Sequence record: OL956808.1
Strand: one strand, 5' to 3'
DNA length: 64,000 bases
Source: Escherichia phage vB_EcoM-S1P5QW
Both the position numbers and the translations under genes were made by a program. Below are positions 56,703 to 64,000 of the stretch, piece after piece (the first letter of the stretch is position 1; every line of letters starts with the position of its first letter). The notes under the pieces are model-generated. The model did not search any database. It was not told where the DNA came from and was given only the letters and a program-made list of their open reading frames with translations.

Positions 56703-56888
56703 ATGACAAGTGAGCAGGCTTTTAAATTAAGAGAATTAATTGAGACGTATAGTAAAGCTGTTCATACATCAACAATTATTGATGAATCAGCTTTCTCCGG
56801 ACATGCTAACAAGATTAAATACAAAACTCTTATGGAAGAAGCTAAAGTAAATCTTGATTCTTATATTGAAACTTTAATTGGTAAATAA
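56703..56888 (+). CDS. hypothetical small protein
   Basis: 61 aa; gaggag RBS; preceded by early promoter and a 34-codon mini-ORF. Confidence 0.45.
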   Translation: MTSEQAFKLRELIETYSKAVHTSTIIDESAFSGHANKIKYKTLMEEAKVNLDSYIETLIGK

Positions 56889-56889
56889 T

Positions 56890-57432
56890 ATGAAAGCTGT
56901 AATTGAAACAACTGATTTGTTCGGTGACCTAGTTATCGAAAAACGCGGTAATGTATACGTTCTGACGCAGGAAGACGATAGTATTACTATTCTTCCTATG
57001 GAACTGGCTGCGATTTTATCTTATGCTCCCTCAGGAGTTACCGGTGTAACTAATATTACAGGTGACCTCCAAGTTCGTTTTTATCGTGGCCTTTACGGCG
57101 GTAATATTGAAACTGAATTTATGTGTCTTTCTATCAACAATTGGGCAACATTCGTTGCCAAGGTGAAAGAATTCTTAGAATCTGAAACAGCCGAAACACC
57201 CGAAAAGGCTAAACTTCAATGGGCTAAAGATCGCGGTGCTAACATTATTAATCCAGTAGCTGCAAACTATACTACGACTTTGGATGTCAAGACTTCTTAT
57301 GAAGATGGCGATGTCGTACTTGTTCGCCAAAATGATGATTCTCGAGCACATATTGTCACATTTACCAAAGACGAAGCTATTGCGCTAAAGACTTATCTTG
57401 ATTCTGTCATTCCAACTATGATTTCAAAGTGA
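56890..57432 (+). CDS. hypothetical protein, tandem paralog A
   Basis: Track ORF starts at TTG 56878; ATG at 56890 gives 180 aa; C-terminus EAIALKTYLDSVIPTM resembles that of the next gene. Confidence 0.5.
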   Translation: MKAVIETTDLFGDLVIEKRGNVYVLTQEDDSITILPMELAAILSYAPSGVTGVTNITGDLQVRFYRGLYGGNIETEFMCLSINNWATFVAKVKEFLESETAETPEKAKLQWAKDRGANIINPVAANYTTTLDVKTSYEDGDVVLVRQNDDSRAHIVTFTKDEAIALKTYLDSVIPTMISK

Positions 57433-57438
57433 GGAAAT

Positions 57439-57960
57439 ATGTTTATTTCAAGTGGAAGTGGTTTAATTCGTGTTGAATTTAAAAATGACATCTTTCTTAT
57501 TCAAGGAGATGATATTATTAAAATGAGTTATGACGAAATCAAGAAAATTTGTCATGCTCTTGAAAGTCATGGAAAAGTGAACGCTGTTATTGATATTGGC
57601 GATTTATGGGTGACGCTTTATGAAGTATCCGAAGGATTTAACATTGAAGATGAAAATAACATTTTAGCTATTGATAAAAGAACTGATTTGCTTGATATAT
57701 TAAAAGCCTATGAGCAGTCAAATGGCGGAAGAAAAGCTGCATTGATTTATCAAAAACCGCATTCATGTGGAACTGCTTCAATCATTTCAAATATTGAAGG
57801 CGAAGTTGATACTTATATGTGTGTTTTAAAAGCTGGTGGTGACCGTCATCCGGATTTTATTTCTATTCGTCAAAGCAATGGAGAAATTTCATTATCAAAA
57901 TCAGAAGCTGAAGCTATGATTAAGTATTTAACAACCGTTACGCCTTCAATGAAAGGATAA
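57439..57960 (+). CDS. hypothetical protein, tandem paralog B
   Basis: 173 aa; gagga RBS; C-terminus EAEAMIKYLTTVTPSM. Confidence 0.5.
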   Translation: MFISSGSGLIRVEFKNDIFLIQGDDIIKMSYDEIKKICHALESHGKVNAVIDIGDLWVTLYEVSEGFNIEDENNILAIDKRTDLLDILKAYEQSNGGRKAALIYQKPHSCGTASIISNIEGEVDTYMCVLKAGGDRHPDFISIRQSNGEISLSKSEAEAMIKYLTTVTPSMKG

Positions 57961-57962
57961 TT

Positions 57963-58424
57963 ATGATTATTAATGAAAACTCTTGGCATTATAAATTATT
58001 CAAATTGTTTAACGACGAATGGCAACGACCTAAGACACTATGCGCATATTTTTGGTCTATTGCCATTCCTACATTTTTCGTTTCTATTTTTGGATGTGCT
58101 ATACTCGTAGGGCTAACAATTATTTGTGCAGAAAGCCTACAACGTTGGCTTATTTTCGGTAGTTTATGGACTCTTCTTCCATCGGCATTTATACTTGCAC
58201 TTTTGGTTGTTTTACTTATTATCGGTTCATTTGTTATTCCTGCACATTTGCGTGAAAAATATAAAGATTATAAATGGAAAAAGGATTATGCTTTACGCGT
58301 AGAAAATATTGATAGGGCGTATAAAGGTTTACCTCCTATTCAACCCAAGAAATCGATTATCGTTGAATTTTTAAAAGCTCGTAAAGCTAAAGTATGTCCT
58401 GTTATTGAATATAAGGCTGAATGA
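57963..58424 (+). CDS. polytopic membrane protein
   Basis: 153 aa with 2-3 hydrophobic helices; translationally coupled to the downstream nucleotidyltransferase. Confidence 0.5.
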   Translation: MIINENSWHYKLFKLFNDEWQRPKTLCAYFWSIAIPTFFVSIFGCAILVGLTIICAESLQRWLIFGSLWTLLPSAFILALLVVLLIIGSFVIPAHLREKYKDYKWKKDYALRVENIDRAYKGLPPIQPKKSIIVEFLKARKAKVCPVIEYKAE

Positions 58425-59434
58425 TGAAAACAGTAATGAAAAGCTATTTTGGTAGTCATCTTTATGGAACTTCTACCCCAGAATCTGATGTAGATTTTAA
58501 AGAAATCTTTGTTCCTCCTGCTCGCGATATTCTTATCGGAAATGTCAAAGAGCACATGAGTAAAAACACTAACAACACATCATCTAAAAACACTAAAGAT
58601 GATATTGACCATGAACTATACAGTCTTAAATATTTCTTTAAATTAGCAGCAGATGGTGAAACTGTAGCATTGGATATGCTTCACACTCCACCTGAATTAG
58701 TGGTTAAATCTGATTTGCCTGATGTGTGGAAGTTTATTCAAGACAACCGTTCTCGTTTTTATACGACTAACATGAAATCATATTTAGGATATGTTCGCAA
58801 GCAAGCTTCTAAATACGGTGTCAAGGGTTCTCGTTTGGCTGCATTACGTGATGTATTGAAAGTAGTTAATCAAATCCCTGAGCAATGGGTTGATTACCAA
58901 GAAGACGGTTCCATTAAGCATCGTCGAACTAAAGTTGAAGATATTAAGCATCGTCTTCCAGAGAACGAATTCTGTGAATGGGTATTCCATAATCATGAGA
59001 AAACAGGTCCACAAACGTTCTACACTGTGTTGGGTCGTAAATATCAAACAACGCTTTCTCTCATTGAGCTTAAGCAGTCTTTGAATAAACTTGATGCTGA
59101 ATACGGCGAACGTGCTCGTAAGGCTGAAGCGAATGAGGGCATTGACTGGAAAGCTCTGAGTCATGCTTGCCGTGGTGGACTCCAACTATTGGAAATTTAC
59201 AAAACTGGTGACTTAGTCTATCCACTTCAAGATGCTCCATTTATTCTTGACGTGAAGTTGGGTAAGCATCCATTTAAAACGGTTCAAGAGTTTTTAGAAG
59301 ATGTGGTCGATCAAGTAGAAGCAGCATCTACTGAAGCTTCTAAGAACGGTATGCAGCAAAAAGTAGACATGAGTTTCTGGGATGACTTCCTTGAGAAGGT
59401 GTATCTCGAAAACCATCGAAGTTATTATAAATGA
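58421..59434 (+). CDS. Pol-beta superfamily nucleotidyltransferase-like protein
   Basis: 337 aa; N-terminal signature FGSHLYGTSTPESDVDF (G[GS]x9-13DxD) plus downstream acidic ALDMLH; ATGA overlap with upstream gene; terminator after stop. Confidence 0.6.
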   Translation: MMKTVMKSYFGSHLYGTSTPESDVDFKEIFVPPARDILIGNVKEHMSKNTNNTSSKNTKDDIDHELYSLKYFFKLAADGETVALDMLHTPPELVVKSDLPDVWKFIQDNRSRFYTTNMKSYLGYVRKQASKYGVKGSRLAALRDVLKVVNQIPEQWVDYQEDGSIKHRRTKVEDIKHRLPENEFCEWVFHNHEKTGPQTFYTVLGRKYQTTLSLIELKQSLNKLDAEYGERARKAEANEGIDWKALSHACRGGLQLLEIYKTGDLVYPLQDAPFILDVKLGKHPFKTVQEFLEDVVDQVEAASTEASKNGMQQKVDMSFWDDFLEKVYLENHRSYYK

Positions 59435-59461
59435 TAGGGAGCCTTCGGGCTCCCTTTTTTA
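59433..59461 (+). terminator. intrinsic terminator after the nucleotidyltransferase gene
   Basis: Hairpin gggagcc-ttcg-ggctccc followed by TTTTTT. Confidence 0.7.
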
Positions 59462-59484
59462 TTTCAAAAATTTTTCACAAAGTT

Positions 59485-59517
59485 GTTTACAAGCATAAAG
59501 CTTTATGGTACTATACA
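59485..59517 (+). promoter_or_regulatory. early promoter with stem-loop
   Basis: GTTTAC; inverted repeat cataaag/ctttatg in spacer; -10 tggTACTATacaactatcaact. Confidence 0.55.
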
Positions 59518-59548
59518 ACTATCAACTGATACGGATTTGGAGAATAAA

Positions 59549-60517
59549 ATGAAAACTGTAACTATCAATAAGGGTATCTACTTCGGTAAAGAAATCTCTG
59601 GAACTTTTGAGCTCTTAGGCGAATGGTTCCCAGATAATGCTCCGGTGGATGCACAAGGAGATGGTAAAGTTTTTGTTGAAATTGACGGTAAGCGTCGCGG
59701 TGTTTGGGTTTACAAATCAGACATTTCATATGATGGTGTAAAAGTTGAAGAAGTTAAAGAATCATATGAAGATATGAAAACCCGCATTAATAAAAGATTT
59801 AATGTTATGGGAATGATGACGAATGGTATTATTAACGGAAACATTCGTTCATTAATTATCTCTGGTGCGGCGGGTATTGGTAAAACGTATTCTTTAGATA
59901 AAGCTTTAAATAAAGCAAATGATATTGGATACATTGAATATAAAAGCATTAACGGTAAAATCTCCGGTATCGGTCTTTATGAACAACTTTGGAATAATCG
60001 TGAAGAGAATTCTGTCCTTTTGATTGATGATGTGGATGTTTTCTCTGATATGGACATTCTTAATCTTCTAAAAGCTGCTCTGGACACTGGAGAGACCCGT
60101 AAAGTCTGCTGGAGCACTGCATCTTCTTACTTAGAAGAAAAAGGCATTGAGCGTGAGTTTGAATTTAAAGGAACGATTGTTTTTATCACAAACGTTGACA
60201 TTGACCGCGAATTAGACCGTGGTACTAAACTTGCTCCACATTTACAAGCATTAGTGTCCCGCTCAGTTTATTTGGATTTGGGTGTTCACACTAATGAAGA
60301 AATTATGGTCAGGGTTGAAGATGTTATTCTTTCAACTGACATGATGCAAAAGCGCGGTCTTTCTGATGAAGAAACTTATAAAGCATTATCATGGATGAAA
60401 GTCAATGTTAATCGTTTACGCAATGTTTCACTGCGTACTGCTCTTTATCTTGCTGACTTTATTATGACCGACAAAAACGGTTGGGAAGAAATTGCTGAGG
60501 TTACTCTTCTGAAATAA
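59549..60517 (+). CDS. P-loop ATPase (AAA-like)
   Basis: Track ORF starts at TTG inside promoter; ATG at 59549 with ggaga RBS gives 322 aa; Walker A GAAGIGKT, Walker B VLLIDDVD. Confidence 0.6.
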   Translation: MKTVTINKGIYFGKEISGTFELLGEWFPDNAPVDAQGDGKVFVEIDGKRRGVWVYKSDISYDGVKVEEVKESYEDMKTRINKRFNVMGMMTNGIINGNIRSLIISGAAGIGKTYSLDKALNKANDIGYIEYKSINGKISGIGLYEQLWNNREENSVLLIDDVDVFSDMDILNLLKAALDTGETRKVCWSTASSYLEEKGIEREFEFKGTIVFITNVDIDRELDRGTKLAPHLQALVSRSVYLDLGVHTNEEIMVRVEDVILSTDMMQKRGLSDEETYKALSWMKVNVNRLRNVSLRTALYLADFIMTDKNGWEEIAEVTLLK

Positions 60518-60618
60518 TTCATAAGAGGACTTCTATGACAAAAAGGCAGTTCAGAAATAGATTATATGGACTGCCATTAAAAAGATGACTAGAATTAAAC
60601 TGGTGAATGGAGGTAGTG

Positions 60619-60921
60619 ATGTTATACTCAAAGGCTCGTGAAATTTATGAAACTAAAATTAAAGACGCGGTTCATCAGTTCGCAACGACAATGCGTTGGA
60701 CAAATGATTGGGAGTATTCAAAAAATCATAAGAAGCCCTTGGTGACAAGAAAGGCTCATATGTTAGTGTTAATAGACCGTGAGCAGATTAAAGCCCGAGA
60801 AGCCCTCCAGAATCATAAAAAGGCTGCTTTTGAATGGTTTATGGATAACACTGCTCCTGAGACTAAGAAAGCAGTGAGCGCTTGGTTCAGTGGAAAAAAT
60901 TGTGAAAGAAGTTTCTTTTAG
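60619..60921 (+). CDS. hypothetical protein
   Basis: ATG at 60619 with ggaggtag RBS (100 aa); upstream ATG at 60607 is an alternative. Confidence 0.45.
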   Translation: MLYSKAREIYETKIKDAVHQFATTMRWTNDWEYSKNHKKPLVTRKAHMLVLIDREQIKAREALQNHKKAAFEWFMDNTAPETKKAVSAWFSGKNCERSFF

Positions 60922-60923
60922 TT

Positions 60924-60955
60924 GTTTACAAGACCGTTCCTCTGTGGTACTATAC
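60924..60955 (+). promoter_or_regulatory. early promoter with stem-loop
   Basis: GTTTAC; inverted repeat gttcctc/gaggaac brackets -10 tggTACTATacaactatcaact. Confidence 0.55.
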
Positions 60956-60981
60956 AACTATCAACTACGGAGGAACACAAA

Positions 60982-61509
60982 ATGAACGCTAAAGATATTT
61001 TCAACCTGGTAAATTACAACGATGGTAAATTTAAATCTGAAGCACAAAGCAAGTTCTTTAATGACATCTCAATCGGAGGTGAAATCACGGTTGATGGAGG
61101 ACAAATTTACAAATCCCGTTGGAATTGGATCGTTATTATCGATGAGATTGGTATTGTAGAAATTTACAAGAATACGAATAAAAATCGTACATTACACTGG
61201 TCTCGTGATACTAATGAACAGTACAAAAAGGATAAAGCATCTAAATTATCTCGTGTAACTCAAGAAGATATTGAGTTCATCAAGAAAGATATTTTGATGT
61301 ATGATAACTTAATTGCTGAAGAGCAAGCTGTTATTGATAAATTTGACGAGATTAAAGCTTCTCGTGAAATTCCTGATTTTATGAAAGAATCAGTAAATGA
61401 ACGATACACTCTCATTTCAGAGCGTATTGAAACTTACAAAAAGCAAAGAGCTGAACGCCAGAATACTCTTCGGAAGTTTGAAGAACGGTTAAAGACGGTA
61501 CTCGCATAA
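60982..61509 (+). CDS. hypothetical protein
   Basis: Track ORF starts at TTG inside promoter; ATG at 60982 with ggagga RBS gives 175 aa. Confidence 0.5.
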   Translation: MNAKDIFNLVNYNDGKFKSEAQSKFFNDISIGGEITVDGGQIYKSRWNWIVIIDEIGIVEIYKNTNKNRTLHWSRDTNEQYKKDKASKLSRVTQEDIEFIKKDILMYDNLIAEEQAVIDKFDEIKASREIPDFMKESVNERYTLISERIETYKKQRAERQNTLRKFEERLKTVLA

Positions 61510-61564
61510 CCGCTTTATACCAAGGATGGTATAATGGTTCTAAGCCCTTTTAATTGAGATTATT

Positions 61565-61966
61565 ATGAAACAGTTGATAATTAAAAGATTGAATTTATTG
61601 ATATGTTGTTTATGTATAGTAATTGCATATGGTTATTACGCAATTAATGATTATATGCATTATAAAGATTATGATGTTACTGTAGTTAATACCTTTACAG
61701 GAACTCAAGGAAAGGGGTCTAGTTTATCGTTTATTGCCGTATATGAACTAAATGACGGTTATAGATTTAGCGAATATATTTCACCGGAGATGTATTCTTC
61801 AATAGAAAAAGGTGATAATATTACTGTAAGTTTACGTCCTTTCGACGTAAAACAGACATTGTTTGATAATATTGTTTGGTTCTTTGGAATGGTATTAGTT
61901 CAATCTGTGTGTGGTGCTTATATAGTCTTTTCCATCATATTCTGCGTATTTAGTAAAATTGAGTGA
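61565..61966 (+). CDS. membrane protein (N- and C-terminal TM helices)
   Basis: 133 aa with hydrophobic helices at both ends. Confidence 0.5.
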   Translation: MKQLIIKRLNLLICCLCIVIAYGYYAINDYMHYKDYDVTVVNTFTGTQGKGSSLSFIAVYELNDGYRFSEYISPEMYSSIEKGDNITVSLRPFDVKQTLFDNIVWFFGMVLVQSVCGAYIVFSIIFCVFSKIE

Positions 61967-61973
61967 GGAAAAT

Positions 61974-62861
61974 ATGTCAGTAGTAATTAATAATGTCAAT
62001 GCAGTAATTAAATCTTTAGTTAATAAAAAATTGAATGAATGGACTGTACTTCGTCGTGGAGAGCCAGATAAATTTTTTCATAGATTTAACCCAACTTTGG
62101 ATTTGAATGTTATTGACAGAGATGTTCATGCTGAAATTTTAGATAAATTTAAAGTTGATATTGGGTTTGGATTAGATAAACATTTACAACGAACAAACGG
62201 GTCTGGAATGGGTTTATCTAATCGCATCATGAAAGCCCTTAATAAAATTGGAGCGTTGTCTCGTATTAACGCGAGTGAAATTCTTCGCAATTATAATAAA
62301 GGATATGACCTTTATGGTAGACTAATGCCGAAATTGTCATTCGATCAAATGATTGCGGATTTGTGGGAAAATCAACGACGATTATTAGCATTAGGCGCTC
62401 GATTAGCTAAAGGTCTAGATAAACAAATGATTTTTAAGACCAATAATACAGAAGACCTTAAATGCTTTAAATTTAGTATTCGCGGCGATGATTATTATAT
62501 CAGAGCTCGCTCTACAGATTATGTTAATATGGGGCATCATCTCTGTTTAGCTTTTGAAGTTTTAAAAGAAGCTGGAACGTTAGAATATTCATCTGGTGCT
62601 AAATGCCCGATTGGTTCAAATTGCATTTTAATTTATCGCCCGGATGAATCCAGTTTAACTAAATTTCCTACAAAACCTGTACCAGTTCGTAGTAACGAAA
62701 AACATTCTGAACAAATTGATTATTTTAATAAGCAAATTGAAGAGCTAAATATTTCTATTCAACAATATGACGATGAAATTTTCAGACTATCTGGACTGAG
62801 TAGTAAAGCTAAATCTGAACGTGAAAAATTAATTAAAATTGTTGATTTACTTAAATCTTAA
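61974..62861 (+). CDS. hypothetical protein
   Basis: Track ORF starts at TTG 61959; ATG at 61974 with gaggaa RBS gives 295 aa; coiled-coil-like C-terminus. Confidence 0.5.
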   Translation: MSVVINNVNAVIKSLVNKKLNEWTVLRRGEPDKFFHRFNPTLDLNVIDRDVHAEILDKFKVDIGFGLDKHLQRTNGSGMGLSNRIMKALNKIGALSRINASEILRNYNKGYDLYGRLMPKLSFDQMIADLWENQRRLLALGARLAKGLDKQMIFKTNNTEDLKCFKFSIRGDDYYIRARSTDYVNMGHHLCLAFEVLKEAGTLEYSSGAKCPIGSNCILIYRPDESSLTKFPTKPVPVRSNEKHSEQIDYFNKQIEELNISIQQYDDEIFRLSGLSSKAKSEREKLIKIVDLLKS

Positions 62862-62869
62862 GGAACACC

Positions 62870-63889
62870 ATGAAAACTCGTTCTCAAATTGAAGATATGG
62901 TTCGTAATGCCAGCTATACTCGTGATGTTATGACATTTTTGTGCCAAAATAATTTAGACCCTGATAAAGTTAATCGTGATATTCACTTTAAATATATGAA
63001 TAGCAGTGAATGGTTACGTCATTTTAGTAAAGCGGGGTATATTACACAAATGACTGCTCGTGAGCAGCTCACCGATTTCTGTAAAACTATTGATTATAAA
63101 AATCCTCTATTTGTTCAAGGTGTTGGTCAGAGTAAGGTCGATTTATCATCTGGATTTTTCAATCCAAATCATTATCGTATTGAATGGAGATTTATTGCTC
63201 TATTCCGTAAACAATTAAAGCAAATTTTGTCGACGGCTAGTCGATTAAAAGGTTCTGATATTAACTTAAAGAACCTGAAATTTGATGGTTATACTCTTCA
63301 GATGGAAGTAAGACCATTAAAAGAAAATAATAGAACTGCACGAATTAGCTTTAAACCTAATACAAAAAATTCTCTTTCAATTTGTGAATGTCTTAAATCA
63401 CAGCTGACAGAAGCATTTAAGTATATGGATGTTGTTGCTGCTGTTCAATCTAAGATTTCGCAGCATTTCGAACGATTTAAATTAGATACGACAACATATG
63501 AACTTGATATGATCGTTTCATTTAAATACGATTTTTTGAGAAAGGACGAAGTCCCGCAAGAGAAAAAGCAGGAAGTGCAAGATAACTTAAATTTATCTAA
63601 TTACTCATCAAACGATCCTAAATTTTGGATGTATAGTTCAGGTAATAAAGATGCATGGAAATTCAATAAAGTGAATTTTCTTCCTATTGAAAATCCGAGT
63701 CTTAAACCTGTTGAAAAATGGCACGCGGATGCGATTGAGAAGTCCCTTAAGGCAGTAGATGATGAACTCGTTAAAGCGACCAATGAAGTGTTAGAAGCTG
63801 AAAAGATGCTAGAAAAAGCACAAGAAAAAGTCAAAAATCTCACGAAGCAACGTTCTAAACTGAACAATGCACTAAATGCACTGAACTAG
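62870..63889 (+). CDS. hypothetical protein with coiled-coil C-terminus
   Basis: 339 aa; aggaa RBS. Confidence 0.5.
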   Translation: MKTRSQIEDMVRNASYTRDVMTFLCQNNLDPDKVNRDIHFKYMNSSEWLRHFSKAGYITQMTAREQLTDFCKTIDYKNPLFVQGVGQSKVDLSSGFFNPNHYRIEWRFIALFRKQLKQILSTASRLKGSDINLKNLKFDGYTLQMEVRPLKENNRTARISFKPNTKNSLSICECLKSQLTEAFKYMDVVAAVQSKISQHFERFKLDTTTYELDMIVSFKYDFLRKDEVPQEKKQEVQDNLNLSNYSSNDPKFWMYSSGNKDAWKFNKVNFLPIENPSLKPVEKWHADAIEKSLKAVDDELVKATNEVLEAEKMLEKAQEKVKNLTKQRSKLNNALNALN

Positions 63890-63918
63890 TTTACTTTGCC
63901 ACAAGGATGTGGTATAAT
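63889..63918 (+). promoter_or_regulatory. early promoter
   Basis: GTTTAC, palindrome ccacaaggatgtgg in spacer, -10 tggTATAAT. Confidence 0.6.
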
Positions 63919-63946
63919 GTTCTTACTTTCTACTGAGGAGATTAAT

Positions 63947-64000
63947 ATGACTCGTAACGAATATATCAAATCATTCAATAGCGTTATTGATGATAAAGCT
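63947..64000 (+). CDS. hypothetical protein (3'-truncated at window edge)
   Basis: ATG at 63947 with gaggag RBS and early promoter upstream; frame open to window end. Confidence 0.4.
   Translation, partial: MTRNEYIKSFNSVIDDKA

Overview
This 64-kb window is a contiguous segment of a T4-like (T-even, Tequatrovirus-type) myovirus genome, in reverse orientation relative to the conventional T4 map. Nt 1-37200 hold the conserved late morphogenesis block, mostly on the minus strand: uvsW, 24, 23, 22, 21, 68, 67, 20, 19, 18, 17, 16, 15, 14, 13, wac, 12, 11, 10, 9, 8, 7, 6, 5.4, 5.1, 5, 53, with 25/uvsY and inh/hoc/rnlB on the plus strand. Nt 37200-64000 are a plus-strand early/middle accessory region: 4, 2, 3, 1, 57A, 57B (Acb1), an ipI-like gene, a 10-tRNA cluster interrupted by a GIY-YIG segB-like endonuclease, stable-RNA region, an e.x-like small-ORF block, nudE, e lysozyme, regB, tk, rI and about 30 small ORFs of unknown function. 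All identifications rest on reading the sequence and recalling T4 protein sequences and gene order; no database search was run. The phage is not T4 itself: no segD or segE, an HNH endonuclease sits between genes 18 and 19, the tRNA set includes Tyr, Asn and His, and lysozyme differs at a few residues. The ORF track uses non-ATG starts (TTG, GTG) translated as M, so several listed starts are 5' over-extensions; I corrected those I could check. Best candidates for something undescribed: a membrane protein plus Pol-beta-type nucleotidyltransferase pair followed by a P-loop ATPase cassette (57963-60517); three cargo-like proteins with T4 capsid-targeting N-termini, one flanked by duplicated terminators; a GrcA-like glycyl-radical gene with an E. 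coli-like 3' half; a four-gene tandem paralog array; a small P-loop NTPase; and a macrodomain protein.
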